A stretch of 64,000 nt of DNA from Octopus sinensis (GCF_006345805.1 NC_042997.1:88040001-88104000), one strand, 5' to 3'; shown: positions 26,628 to 41,080, numbered from the stretch's first letter. The notes: a model not told the origin generated them from the letters alone. Numbers and translations: made by a program.

Positions 26628-29445
26628 TTTTGTTTTTTGTATCTATATCATAGATGTAATATGTTTCTTGAATTCCACTTTTCTTAAGAGTTGATGGAAT
26701 AAAACACCAGTGGTAGACTGGAGTTTAAATGCTCTTCTATCTTCTAAAACATTGGGCTTGTGTTTAGTCTAAGAAAATCTTATTATGCACTTTCCAAATG
26801 ATGGTAAAGTGGTAAAAGAATGGACTCTACATATTAAATTCAGATCCCTCTTGTTCTCCTTCTAAGGTAATTAAGGTAAAGTTCTTGACATGTACTGTGG
26901 TCAGTTCAATTGGCTACAACCATTTTCTACGAATTTGTGGCATTCTGTTTTATGTATGTGTACATATAGTGAGTGTAATTGGTTTTGTGTGTATGTATGT
27001 ACACACACATACACACACAATCACATATATTCACTTACACATACACAAAATAGAATGCCAAAAATTTATAAAAGGTAGTTGTAGTCAATTAGAGATACAC
27101 ACAAACATACATGATTGTGATCTGAATAAATGATAAATTTAACATACCTATTAATATTTATAGATATCCTCATCTCTCTCTCATTTGCTTTCTTTCTTTG
27201 TTAATTAATGTGTTCACACGTGTGCCAGTGTATATATGGCTGTATATTAATTAGAGAGAAAGAGAAATATTAAAGATATTCCAGTGATATAGAAAAACAG
27301 AGAAGAAGAAGAAATAGAAGTAAAAAGATATATAGCTATAAACAGAAAGATGGAAAGGAACTAAAGTAAAGGCAGAGAGGGAGATTGAGAAAGGAAGAAA
27401 AGTAGAAAGAAGTAAAGAAGAAAAAATCAAAGTTCAGAGCTAAGCAGAAAAAGTATGATACGTGAGAGTTAGTGAAGTGAATATATAAACTATGGGAAGT
27501 AGAGATAGTGAAAAGGATCAACAGAGTGGGATGGTTAATAGAAAGAATTGGAAATATTATGAGAGTGAAAGAAAGAGAAAACAGAGATGAAATTAGAGAG
27601 AATGGAGGTGGGTGAAGAAAGATGAAGAAAACTTTCTAGAACTGTTGAAGTGATAATAAATTATTAACAGGAGACTATTGCAGAAAAAAATATCTGCATC
27701 GATATATCCTATAACCAGAAGAGGAAACATTTAGCTTTGTTCAGCTCTCCCCAAAATAACCCTTCATGAGAAAGTTGTCCACTTGCACACTCAGACACAT
27801 CACATGTTTTACTTTCTTTCTTCCTTTCTCTCTACCCTTGCAGACAGCTGAACATATATTACACCTGATCTCCCTCTTCTTTTCTTTCACATACCCACTG
27901 TCTCCATACCTTTTCCCCTGTCATACCCATTGCAATTAAAAAACTACTGATATCACCACTGCCATCACCAGCTCTAACTATCATTATTATTTGTGTGTTT
28001 TGTTTGTCATATTGTTTACTAATCAAAGCTTTCAGAGATTGGGTTTCTTGGGAAGTTAAGTGAAACAATGAATGGTTGAATGGTTGGACAGTGGAATGGT
28101 TGGAGTTGTAGTTGAGTGGGTTAGTGGATAAAAGGAGAGATGGACAGAGCAATTGTGAGTTTGTGTGTGTATACTTAGTGTGTTTTATTGCTACCAACAG
28201 CATCATCAATAACACTATTTTAACTATCACTAACACCATTACTAGTACTGCCATCAAATCCACCACTACTACAGTTCTACTACCTCCACTGCCACAACCA
28301 CTACCATCAGTAATAGCATCATTACAAGCTATGTGATTGCTTGACTTGCTAGAAACAGTAACCAAATATCCTTTAAATCACTCTAGCATTTAAAAAAAAG
28401 GTTAAGGTTACATTAATGTAGCCCTAAAAAAACCCTTTAAATAATGGGGTGGTCATGTCTGGAATGCCATTGATCCTAAGATCTGTTCAGTCAGGGTTGA
28501 TATAGAGTTATACAGTATCAATATAACACCATCATCATCACCCAAACAGTATTACTATAACAACCACTTGTACCATTATTCCATGACTACCAACAAAATC
28601 ATAATTTTTCAATTCTTCTATCACAAACACCAGTACTGCTATTCTATCATTATCATCTTCATCATCATCATCATTGTTGCCATCATCATCATCTCAAGCT
28701 TTTCTAGCACTATCAATATTTCCACTGTCATCACCATCACCTCCACTTACCCTTTACTTTTTCTGTCTCATACTCAGATTACCCATTGCAGTCTTTTAGG
28801 GGGTTAATTACTTGTAATCTATTAACATAGTGTGAAACTTGAGACAAACATCCATTTCTGTCCACAGTTGTTTTTTTTTTCATTTGTGATTGTGTGTGTG
28901 TGTGATAACTGAGAACAGCCAAACATAATGCCCAGACAGAAGGAGGATGGTCGGTAATAAAAATATATTCTACAAGGCTACCCTTTCTCAGCTGATTGTC
29001 TGTTGAAGATCTCCATTAGTAGTGAAACCATTCTAATAACCATTTTGAGCCACTGTTACATTTACAAACCAATGGAAGATTGTCTAAACTACAGATGGTG
29101 GAGAACATCTCATGTGCAGGCAAAATTTTACTTGCACTTAGACTGAAACTGTCATTGATGAAGTCTCAAAGGACTTGTGTGAAAAAAAAGACAGCTTTAA
29201 CTAGTGGCTCTCAAATTTTGTTGCTCACTGCCCCCTTTTTTATCATATGGTCTTTTATAAAACCCTCTTTTTCCCTTTTTATCTTTTTACTTGTTTCAGT
29301 CATTGGACTGTGACCATGCTGAGGTCACTGTCTTGAACAATTTAGTTGAACAAATCAATCCCAATATTTATTTTTAAGTTTGGTGCTTATCCTATTGATT
29401 TTTCATCACCTGGTACAAAGCCATCTCCCTCAATACCACTCATGC

Positions 29446-29797
29446 TTTGAGTTGAGGGATCTCTGTCTGAAAAGCATCTAAGCCACTCTATAAAGTGGTT
29501 GGCATTTGGAAGGGCATGCATCAGTAAAACCATATCAAAACAGACAATGGAGCTTGGGACAATCCTTTGGTTTACCAGCTCCCAACAAATTGTCCATCCA
29601 ATTTGAGTTGAGAGATCTCTGTCTGAAAAGCACCAAGCCCACTCTATAAAGTGGTTGGCATTTGGAAGGGCATGCATCAGTATAACCATATCAAAACAGA
29701 CAGTGGAACTTAGGACAATCCTTTGGTTTACCAGCTCCCATCAAATTGTCCATCCAATGCCATCACAGAAAACAGACATTAAATGATGATGATGATG
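29446..29797 (+). repeat. About 158-bp tandem duplication within an RTE-tail repeat
   Basis: TTGAGTTGAG(G/A)GATCTCTGTCTGAAAAGCA...TTGTCCATCCAAT occurs at about 29446-29602 and 29603-29758. Confidence 0.85.
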
Positions 29798-30953
29798 ACC
29801 ATTATTGCTGTTGCAGAGCAAGCTTCTCAACCACACAATCATATTTAAGCAAAACAATCAAAAGAAAAACAAACAGCAATTATTTTGATTAAATAGAAGC
29901 ACATATTTTCTTGTACTTTCCATTGAACATTTACCTTTTTTTACATATTTCTATCAACTAGAGCCCTATATTTAAAATTTTTATGGAAATTACTAAAGAA
30001 TCTAAAGGCTTCGCCATTGTTTTATTGACTACTTTTCCATGCTTGCATGGGTTGAATGGAACCCTCACCTGTTTCCAAGTAAGGTACCATTATCCCATGG
30101 AAGATTGGGAACAAAAGACATCACTTACATACCAGTGACACACTTTTACACAACCATCATGTGATGTCAAAACAAGGAGACACCAGCACATTCACACATG
30201 CTCATATACATATATATATATATATATATACAATGTTGGTGTTAGGAAGGGCATCTGGCCATAGAAACCATGTCAAGTCAGACTGGAATTTGGTGCAGCT
30301 CTCTGGCTTATGATTTCCAGTCAAACCATCTAACCCATGCCAGCATGGAAAGCAGACACTAAGTGATAATGATGTTGACAATGAGCTTCTTTCAGTTTCT
30401 ATGTACCAAATTCACTCACAAAACTTTGGTCAGCCCAGGGTTGACCAAATATCTTCAGCTGTGTGACACCTTGGGCAAATGTCTAAGGACTAGAGTTGAA
30501 GACATTTACCTAAGGTGTCACACAGTGGGAGTCAATCTGAAATTGTGTTGGCAGCCTTTTTAACCACAAACCCATGCCTGCAACCTATATAAGGAAATTA
30601 TTTTGGGTCTTGTTATATCATCAATCATCTTTTCTACACACTGTTCTATTCATATTCTAAATCTGGCAAAATATTTGTTTTTGAAAATGGGTTTAAAATA
30701 TAAGTAGTGTGCCAGGTTTTAAAATTTTATTCCTAAGAAAAATTAAGACCCCTATAAACACCTAACACTCCCTAAAGTAACCCATTGATATTCAATTACC
30801 TCTTGTATGCCAACAATGCTCCCAACAAGCTGTTATCACACATGTTAAAGACCACTGGTTTATACCTTAAGATCAAAACAGTAATTTATTGTAATTGCAT
30901 ACCTGTGCATTTATAAAATTTAAAAATACTATATTTTCATTATTATCTTACAT

Positions 30954-31204
30954 CAGTGTTTCTCAACCATTTTTTATCTGTGGACCCACTTTGATTCCTA
31001 TTGTACTTGGATGGACCCTCATAGCCATTCAATGTTTAAAAAAATCATATTTTTATAATTAAATATTATAACGAATCGTATAAAAAAAATTGTTAAAATA
31101 TTTTGTGAATTGTAGAAATATAACAAATTTATTGCAGATAAATTTTAACAACAAAATCTTATATGGCCCCCAAGGTCCTTATGAATCTTGATTGAGAAGC
31201 ACTA
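30954..31204. mobile_element. hAT (Charlie-like) MITE
   Basis: CAGTGTTTCTCAACC ... GATTGAGAAGCACTA termini; imperfect 8-bp TSD TCTTACAT / CCCTACAT. Confidence 0.75.
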
Positions 31205-32554
31205 CCCTACATGGTCCCCTTGTTAGCTAGAAATAGTAGTCATATTTCCTTTAAGCCACACCCTGCTCAATTATGACTTTTGTATGACTGAAACTCTTTT
31301 ACAACCACCATGTGATGCCAAAACAAGGAGACACTATTACACACACACATGGAAAGGAAGGATACACTGTCTGAAAAAAGGGATGAGATGGTCATGGCTG
31401 GCATGCCTTTGGTCATAAGGTCTGCTTAGTTAGAGCTACCTGGGGCTAAAACATTAACTGTTATATTTATAATTTTGAATTAAGATTACAAAATTATATC
31501 AGATCAGGTGAGTTTTGGCAACAGGAAGAGTATCCAACCATAGAAAATTCACCTCAACAAGTTCTGTCTGACACATGCAACCACGAAGAAATGTATATGT
31601 TAAAACAATGATGATGATAGTTTGGAAGTGAAAAAGTGGAAGCAGAGAGAGAGAAAAGAGGAAGAAAAGATAGAAAGAGGGAATAGAGAGATAGATCAAA
31701 GAATGAGAAAGATAGTGGGGGCAAAGAAACAAAATGAAAAGTGAGAGATAAATGATTAAAGAGAAAATTGAATAGAAGCAGTGAGTTGAGATAAACTAAG
31801 AAAAAGGATCAAAGAGAGAGGAGAGAAAGAAATGAAAAAAAAAGAGATAAGGAAAACAAAAAAAAAAGAAATTATCAAATGCAAATGCAAAGAATAGGAA
31901 ATTAATGAGGAAAAGATAGTGAGACAGAAAGACTGGGCTATGCACATACACACGCATGCATATTCACACACACATACACACATAGACACAGATCATTTGA
32001 CAGGTTTCATCTAGCCAATTTCAGTCACAAAGTGTAGAAGTTCAGATGGACTGTAACTGTAATTCAAAGAACCAGCTCATCACACACTGCATCATACTGA
32101 TTCTGATTGAAGAATAGATTAAGAGTACATGTGTCAGTAGAGTACTCACTACATACAATACATTAGCAGGTAGTTCAGTTGATCAAACAAATATAATATA
32201 GTCATTTTCAAAACCAATGGAGGATCCATTTACAGGTGCTCAGTACTCTCTCTTTCTCTCTTTTCCTCTCTTTCTCCCTTTTCCTCTCTTTTTCTCATGC
32301 ACACATGATTGCATGTTGGTACACACTCATACCCACACAAGGTAATTCAGAAGTTCCTTTAGCATTTAAATGATATAGATTTTAATTTGTTTTATTTTGT
32401 TATAAATTTTGCTTTTCTATAATTTTAATATTGTCTTTCCTGTTTTGCTGTGATATTTTAAATAGAAAAATGCCAAACTATTTTTAAAAATTGAGTAAAT
32501 AGTTATTCTTGTCTTCAAAATGTCACAATATAATGGTAACCAAAATTTAGTGTT

Positions 32555-34962
32555 GTGCCACAAAAAAGCACCAAGTACACATTTTTGTTAACACTAAGAA
32601 GGGCATCCACCCCTAGAAACTATGCCAAAGCAGACATTGGAGCATGATACAGTCCTTGGACTCCTCACATCCTGTCAAACCATCCAATCTATGCTAGCAT
32701 GGAATATGGATTTTAAATGAGGAGGAGGAGGGTAGTGGTGGTAGTGGTGTATAGCAACTGACCATAATGTAAATAATTAAGATTCTTTAAGTATCTGATT
32801 CAAAAGCCTCTTTAACATTAATATCAGGTTGTGTAGTATGTTCTGCCTGATTACAAGTTTGAACCTGTTGAAATTTATTCTGGACATTTACTGATGCATA
32901 GTCATTTTATGAAGAGTTCCCAGAAAGTAACAAACATATTTTTGTATATTAAAATGATTGCAGTGTTGAAGACACACATTAGCAATTCAGAAACACACAA
33001 AGACTGTTAACTTCACTTAAATGTTTATTGTTTGTAATATTGTGACATTCTTCTATAAGGTAGGGGAGTTGGGATTGAGGTGAGGAAAGATGAGTGGAAG
33101 CTGCAATGATGAGGTTGGAAGTGCAGGGAGGATAGAGAGAGAGAATAATACAAGACATACATTAAGAAGCTCAACTAACCATAGTTATTAGCAGTTTATA
33201 TTAGTTGTATAGAAAGTTCCATCTGACTTTTAGTGTTTATTTAAAAACACAAACATTATATTTAATAGTGATTGTAATTATGTGTATAATTTCCTTCATT
33301 TTGAATGTATGATTTGATTAATTCTTTGTATTTTGAATTAAAATACATTTTTAATTCATTTTCTATGTCTTCCCTTCTAGTCATATTTTTCCTAACTGAA
33401 CAGGAAAAGTTTTGTAAAGTTTTAGATTAGAAAAGTCTGATAGAGCAAGGACTGGAGAATATAGAAGGTGTAGCATATTTCCTATCTGAATGATTCCAGA
33501 ACATTTTTAGTGATTTGTGAGGTCAAGGCACTATCATAATGAAAGAAAACTTCCCTATGGTTTATTGAGGCAGGATGTTTTCTGACCAAAGTAGTCTTCA
33601 AATGGTAAAGTTGCTGACAGTAGACATCAGAAGTGATTATTTGATTCAATCTTAAAAGCTTGTATTAAATAAGCTTTTGAGGATGAAATTCCTACCTTAT
33701 TCCACTAAACACTCAATAAAATTTTCTTTTGAAGTTCCCTTCATTAAAGTGGTACATGATTTTGGTTTGGGATAAGCCTCTGTCTGTAGTACTTAATATT
33801 GCTGTAAAGTGTCCATTTCTTATCTCCATTCACAATCTGCTTTAAAAATAGTGCGTAATTCACAGCAGTGAAGCCTTTATTGACAATTTGCTGCTAAGAG
33901 AACATAAGGAATCAATTTTCCCTCCACTTTGAAATTTTTCCAGGCCCCTTCAAATGATTGCAGTCTTAATACTGTCATTAAACCCTGTGGAAAGCTTTCA
34001 ATTCTTACCTTGCACAATTCATCATCCAATTTTGAAACACATATCGATCTAGGTTTATCAAGCACACTGAAATTGCCATGTCTGAATTTTCTAAACCACC
34101 TTCTGCAAGTTCTTTCATTCACTGCATCTTGATCAAAAGCCTTTTGAACATTTCTGGCTATCTTACTTTCAGTGGAACCTTAATGACACTCAGAAAGCAT
34201 AATGCAATGAATATGCTCTTTGCTTTATAAAGAAAAGTAGTACACTAAAATTATGGAGAGGTACATGCATGCCAGGTGTCTTGATCTCTGAATTTGTGTT
34301 GAAACTAAAATAATTGTTTGGAAGATACATATTTGCCATTCAGAAACTCACAAAGACAAACTTCACTTAAACATTTATTGTTTGTAATATGGTGTTAAAA
34401 TTTTCATTGCTCCAAAACTGCAACCTGGTCACTGACAATATGGAGCAACAATAAATTTGGCACGCTATTACAAACAATAAATGTTTAAGTGAAGTTAACA
34501 GTCTTTGTGTTTTTCTGAATAGCTAATATATATCTTCATCCTGCAATCATTTTAATATACTAAAATGTCTGTTACTCTCTGAGAACTCTTCATAAAATGA
34601 TTATGCATCAGTAAATGGAAACAGTCTTTATAACTTTTACAAAAATCAGGTTTCAACAGGTTCAAACTTGTAGTCAGACAGAATATTTTATACATCCTGA
34701 TATCAATGTTAAAGGGACTTTTGAATCAGATACTTAAAGAATTTTAACCATTTACATTATCGTCAATTACTATACACCATCATCATCATTCTCATTCTCA
34801 TTTAAAATCCATGTTCCATGCTGGCATGGATTGGATGGTTTGACAGGATTTGAGGGTTCAAGGACTGTATCATGCTTCAGTGTCTGCTTTGGCATAGATT
34901 CTAGGGCTGGATGTCCTTCCTCATGTTAACGCAAGTGTGTACTGGGTACTTTTTATTGGCAC
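32555..34962. repeat. About 490-bp inverted repeat (32555-33040 vs 34466-34962) enclosing a mariner relic
   Basis: Arms align by eye at roughly 80% identity. The inner ~70 bp is also repeated directly at about 34320-34390 and forms a local hairpin centred near 34420. Confidence 0.85.
33201..34300 (-). pseudogene. Near full-length decayed mariner transposase
   Basis: RTCRRWFRKFRHGNFSVLDKPRS, FLKQIVNGDKKW, ITSDVYCQQL...FHYDSA, HLLYSPVLALSDF (YSPDLAPSD-like); TIR-like TA|TTAGTTGTATAGAAAGTTCC at 33201. Confidence 0.8.
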
Positions 34963-35386
34963 CATCACTAGTATGGTAACCATGCAACTTGTAAGACTAT
35001 GAGCCCAGAGCGAGAGGTAGCTTTATGTGATGAGTTGATGGGTTAAAATGTGAGAGAAGAGGCTAGAGCAGAAACGGTTTCTAGCTGTAGAAGAGTCAGA
35101 AAGGTTGGAAGTGAGGGGAAAGGAATACAAATTGTGATGGTGAGGTGTCTGAATGAACCCTCAATGTATGAGGTAAGCAGAAGTGAGTGGAGACACAAGA
35201 CTCAGGAATGCAGGAGTGCACGGGAGAGTAAGAGATGAGAAATGAATAAGGCAGTAAATATAATGAGAGAACAAGCATTAAATGTTGATAAGTAAGAAGG
35301 TAAAGAAGATTAGTTGACAACTGTAGAGATTATAATGTGTAGGAATACAACCGTATGTGAGGAGGTTGGTGACATAGGTCACCTTT

Positions 35387-36365
35387 TGTAAGCTACACGG
35401 TCGCATCCCTAACAAAATAAGATAAGCCTTAATACAACTTATATAATACAGTGCCAACAGAATATAAATGAATGACGACAAGCCATTCCACTGTTTGAGA
35501 GAAGAGAAGATTTTATTAACAAGGTATTAAAGTTAGTGTTGTGAGTGCTCGCAAGTGTTGTGTATGTGTGCATGCAACAAGTATTTGTGTCTGTGTGTTC
35601 GTGTGTGTGACAGATACAAAGTTGAACATGTATAACACAGAAATACAGAGTGTAAGATGAAAGTCTCAGCCTAGTGTTAAGATGGAATTTAGATTACCAG
35701 TTCATGCATGAAGTACACGATATGCAAGAGTTCTATACAAGAAGTTGTGTCTCGAGGTGGAGGCAGGTTAGGCGAAAATGCTGAGCCGCGGTTGTAGCCT
35801 CAAAACCGAGCTGGGTCTCTTAATATAGAAGTTTTCAGATGGACTGTTTTACTTGGTGAAAGGTTCACTCTAACAGAGTAAGTCTGTGTAGTTGGTGTGT
35901 ACATATCTGAAGTTGACGATGGTAGAGACAACGTAAAGTTGGTACGATGATGACGACCACGGCAGAGGAGATAGAAAACATTCTGTCTGTTGCTGGTGTA
36001 TAATAGCGTCGTAGTAGCTGGCTGACTGGTCGTCTGTCGCTGGAAACTGGAACATGGCTGAGTATGATGATGGTCAGTGACTAGACTGGACCCTAAGGGG
36101 TCTAGAGTCAAAGACCCAGTATACTGAAAGCAAGCCCTTTATATAGAGGAGAAATGGATCAAACAGAGCCTAGGAAAAACAGTGTCACCAAAGGCCGTGA
36201 TTGGCTGGCTTTGCAGTGGCACAAAATAAGTAGAGACAAACCACACCACATGCCAACCAATCAGATCAGTGGACACAACAGGAACAACCCAGCCAAAGAT
36301 GGCTGTAATCTCAAACGAGATCATTCCTGTTGTGTCTCTCAGTGAAGATATCAGATACCGCTACA
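35387..36365 (-). mobile_element. Probable solo LTR
   Basis: TGTA...TACA termini, minus-strand CCAAT, CTATATAAA (about 36138-36146) and AATAAA (about 35512); CpG-richer than flanks; no TSD found. Confidence 0.4.
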
Positions 36366-36812
36366 AATGAATGGTGGATATAAAAGGAGGGGATGACAAA
36401 TAATGAATGGGGGAGGGAAGAATTGCAGAATAGTAATGATGACAGAGTGGACAGGGTAAAGATGAGAGAGATGGCTTAGTAGGGTGATTCATGTAAAATG
36501 TGGGTGGAGAGGACAGTATTTAAGATGTATATCAAGTGAAATAGTTCCAGATAGTTGGCAAAATAGATGATATGAAGAAAAAATGATGGAGTAGGAGTTT
36601 TCATAAGTCTGAAAAAAGAGCATAGTGTTAGGTAATATAGTAGTTTTATTATTTATGCAGAATCACAAATTAAATTCCATAAACAGCCAAAATATTTCTG
36701 GATGATTTCAGAAATAATTAAGTTTCTGTATAGCCATCCTTTCTTTGTAGAGAAGATTACTGATTTGTGAAGCCATCTGGTAAGCTTTAACCATATTTAG
36801 AGCCTAATTTAT

Positions 36813-36843
<31 letters not shown>

Positions 36844-38158
36844 ATGATTTGTTACCACATTTTTCATATCTACTGAGGCCAAAAACCTGCTATAAATGTG
36901 ATTCCTTGAATAAAACAAATTAAATTTCTTTTATCCAAAAACTATGAACTGCAAATTAGTATAAGAGTGGCTTCAGCTACATGGCAGAGATTAGAAGAAA
37001 TTTAAGGCTTATTGTACAGAGGAAAGGAAGTGAATACAAGATTATTATCAGCTACAGTATTGCACCATGTTAGAAACCATCTTTAAGCTGTTAATATGAT
37101 TGCTCCTGGCAATCCAGGAAATATCAGACACTAGTCCATAATCAGCATATTCATGACCCTTATCCAATCTCATTATCATTCTTCCCCATTTAGGAGTCAA
37201 CTTCAGAAGCATGGCATGTCAGTTAATTGGCCTGTTTAAGTTTATGGCCAAGCTAATGCTAAATGGAGTGCACAGCTGATTTCTTTCTGAAGACAAGTTG
37301 GCACATTTTAATAATGCTATCATTGTGTTTCTTAACCATATGAGAGGCAAACTGTGCAAGCAGTACTGGTCAAACATGGACAGTATTCTCCCCCAAAGTA
37401 TATTACAGCCACACCACTACAATCATCATCATCATCTTTTTGGTGCTCTCTTCTTTACAGGTTAGACACAGCATGCCTCCATTCATTTCAAATTGTGTTT
37501 CATCTCTTACGTGTTGCTGTGTTAATGTATTGCTAGCTTACCAATACATGGCAATAAGTAGGAATGGGTGAGAAAAATAGTACGCCTGATCTGCCAATCA
37601 GTATTTGATCAACTTAAAAACATCTCAGCTCAAACAAGATCAACATAAACAAATAATATTAATTTCTTTAACCCAGATCAACTGAGCAAAATTTTCTTTA
37701 TATTAATTAGCAAAATTGGCTCCATGCCCCCTCTGAGATATGCCTAATATTTTGCTATTTTTTTCTGTTCATTCCTTTTAATTTTTGTGTTTACGTTTCT
37801 ATTATTGAATTATTTATTTTATTCTGATACCTTTTATTTGGGTTAAAATGATTAGTCACCACTTGTAAAGCAGCTGTGGTAAATAGCAGCAGAAGTAATA
37901 ACTTTTTCACTGTCTCTTAATTTCTTTGCTTGCAAGAAATGTGCTATGGGTGTGTTGTGGGATGGCATATAGCATAATGTGTTATGATGGAGTTGTGGTG
38001 CGGTATGGTATGGTAACTGGATAGTATTTATATGTATGTATGCATATATATGTATATTTGTGTGTGCATGTCTGATATATATATATATATACTCACACAC
38101 AAATATATATATACATATATATAAATATATATATGTATATTTGTATGTGCATGTCTGA

Positions 38159-38203
<45 letters not shown>

Positions 38204-39454
38204 GTGTATTATATATATATATGTCTTTTTGTGTGCGTGTGTAAATATATGTGTATATTCATGATGTGTGTGTAATTATATATGTCTATACATATGTGTG
38301 TAATTTACTTTTTCACTTTCTCTTGGTGTTTTAGATATTAAGAATTACAGTAGACTATAAAAGAAGATATCGAAGTTAGAATGATTGAGGTTAAGCTATG
38401 GTATTATTGATCCATCATTATTGATTTCTTCACTTTTGGTTCTTATATTTCTTCTTTTTTGCTTTATTTCCTTATTTTTTTACTTTCTTTGAGATTATAT
38501 ATTTTAGGAAAAATATAGAAGAATTTGGAAAGTATAGTGGAATATAGTAGAATAAACAAGAGTCTGTTAGCCTATGATAGACTTACAGTATATTACATGG
38601 AAAAGCTTTAAAACCCTTACAAACCTTTTTAAGGATTACTAGTTGTTTAGTGCCAAATCAGCCCTAATTCAAAAGACCTATGATCAGTGGTATTCCATTG
38701 TGTATTCTATTTTCAGTCATAGCATAAAAGTGTGAGTTAAGGTAGATTTGGTTGCTATTTTTAGAGGCCCGCTTCATAGCTCATTTAAAATTTAGGGTTT
38801 TCTACACTGATGTCATTTCTTGAAATGGATGAAAGATAAATTGCTATCTAGTTAGGACATTGTCTATTCCTGTTAATATCTCAGCATAATATTTTATTTT
38901 ATTTTTTGGCAGTTAGAGAATCTGAGGCAATGTAGAATTAATGTGTTCTATCCATAAATACAACAGACTTGCTGAGGATGAGTTTAAACCCATAACTTAT
39001 GAACAGATATGCCAATACATTATCCATTTGGCCATTGTCCTTGCAATATCATGAGGTTGGGATGGTTGAATAAAAGGAAGGAGAATAGAATGTAGAGGAA
39101 TACAGCAAAATTCTGCAAAATTAGGTAGATTTGGAAAAATATGATCAAATGTTATATTGTATTAATTTATGTTGTGGTGTGGATGAATGTAGCTAAATAC
39201 ATTGAAAATAGTGGAGTTTAGACTGCAGAAGAGTTTGGTAGAGGACTTGACAGTTTGTATTGTCATGAAGATACTGAAATTGCAAAAGGGAAACAAGTGG
39301 ATTTACACACACACGCACACGCACATGCGCGCATGCACACACGTGCACACACACACACACACACACATAAACATACACAAGCATACATACATCACACACA
39401 AACACATATATATGTATGTGTGTATCTTTTGACAAATGTGTTTATCCACAATTG

Positions 39455-39585
39455 CTAGTTGTGGAACATGACTGTCACTACATAAACCTGATGATTGCAT
39501 AATGCATGAAAGTATCAGTTTATTTCAATATTGTAAAATTGTAAATAATGAAATGTGAAAATCTAAGTTGGAATTTCATTGATTA
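39455..39585 (+). mobile_element. Second copy of the PLE pLTR end, with HHR motif at 39483-39522
   Basis: TTGTGGAACATGACTGTCAC...TAAAC CTGATGA T TGCA TAA TGCA T GAAA GTAT CA GTTTA...TTGTAAATAATGAAATGTGAAAATC is colinear with 22000-22200. Confidence 0.75.
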
Positions 39586-40889
39586 ACACATACACACACA
39601 CATATGCATATAAATATAAATATTTATACACCCACACATAGATATATATTCTATGCCTATATTTTCCACACTCACAGAACAAATGGATTTATACAAGTAT
39701 GTTTGTGTGTAAGTATATATGTGTGTGTGTGTGTTGTTTCAATAAAAGTTGGCAAGAGCAGAACTACATATTTTATTATAAAGGATGACATTAAATTTAT
39801 TTGATGATGATGTTAATAGTCTATTTATTAACCCGTTGTGAATTGGTAGAGTTAGATTGTTGGATTGAACGCCTAACAATACTTGTTCTGGCTCTCTACA
39901 ATTTGAGTTCACATCTCACTGAGGTAGCTTTACCTTTCATCCTTTCAGGTTTGATAAAAACAAAAGGCTGATGGTCTAACAATTTCAGATTGCTTTAATT
40001 TTTAGAGCACAACACAAGATGACATGCAGGAAACTCCGTAATTTCTGGGTTCAAATCCTGCCTCATCACCATAAAGTAGTGATACTTCTGTCAAGAGCTG
40101 CATTAGCAATTTTACAAATCCAGTGAAAATTTATTTTCCTTGTTCATTTGGAAAATTGGTTGCCATGACAAAACGTGTTCCAGCTGTAACTATTTTGTAG
40201 TTTGGTATATCAAGGATCACACTGCCATACCTTTTTATATTTTTTATTAGACAGTAGAATATAATTTGAGGGAGAGTCGACTCCTATTTCTACCAGGTTA
40301 TGCAGCCTCAGAGAGAATCAAGAACTTTATTAGTCAGTGAGGAGAAGAGTAAAAGTTTAAATATTTTGCTTCAACATCATCTTGGTTCTGATAACTAAAA
40401 CTCCTAAAGAACAGGAGAATTAATCTTGTCACATCACCAACAAGCCTTTTAGACCATTGAGAATGCATTATGGGGAAAATTAACTTCAATTGGATTAAAG
40501 TAGTTTAACCATTTGAACCTGTGAGTATACTTTAATGGGTGCAATTTGGAAAGACACAAAAGCAAGTGGGCCCCCATGGTTTTGTATTTACAGCCCCTAT
40601 TTAGTAGAAACATTGTTATTTTTTGCACATGAACACAAAGCCATGTCGCTGCCTACTTTTGCATCTTCCAGGGGTACAGTTGAACAAAATCATTTTCTGT
40701 GAAGTATTTTTGTGGGATTAAAGGATTAATATTTAATTTGAACTTTTGGCAGTTTGTGGTTGAGGTCAAAACATAACCAATGAATGAGATTTAATAGTAT
40801 ACATTTTGGGAAGGAAGAACTGGAGAAAAATACTTAGTATGAGGTAGAATTAATTGCATGAGAGGTAGGTGCATGGTGTATCTGCTATT

Positions 40890-41080
40890 GTTGTATTGTT
40901 GTTCAGCCATGACTGAGCAGATCTATGACCATCCATGACCATTCTGTATTTTATTCAAATATTTTACATCTAAAACCATGTGTTAGTTCAGTAAGTCTTA
41001 CTCTCTTTTAAAAGAGTAGGATGGGATTTGAGGAAGATGTGGCTGTTATTTCTTGCAGGTCTAGCCACCTGTATAGAGAC
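40890..41080 (+). mobile_element. Abundant short interspersed repeat (CAGGTCAGCCCTGATC...GGCTGCTATTTCTAGC family), representative copy
   Basis: Related decayed copies at about 2790-2980, 16375-16460, 18880-18965, 28380-28510, 31215-31460, 38640-38780, 41750-41880, 43540-43760, 44430-44580, 48940-49120, 53240-53410, 53900-54100. Confidence 0.6.

Noticed and set aside
27843-28365. Strong pyrimidine tract plus CAG and 168-aa / 74-aa ORFs
   Set aside because: Low-complexity CT, ACC and ATC repeats explain both.
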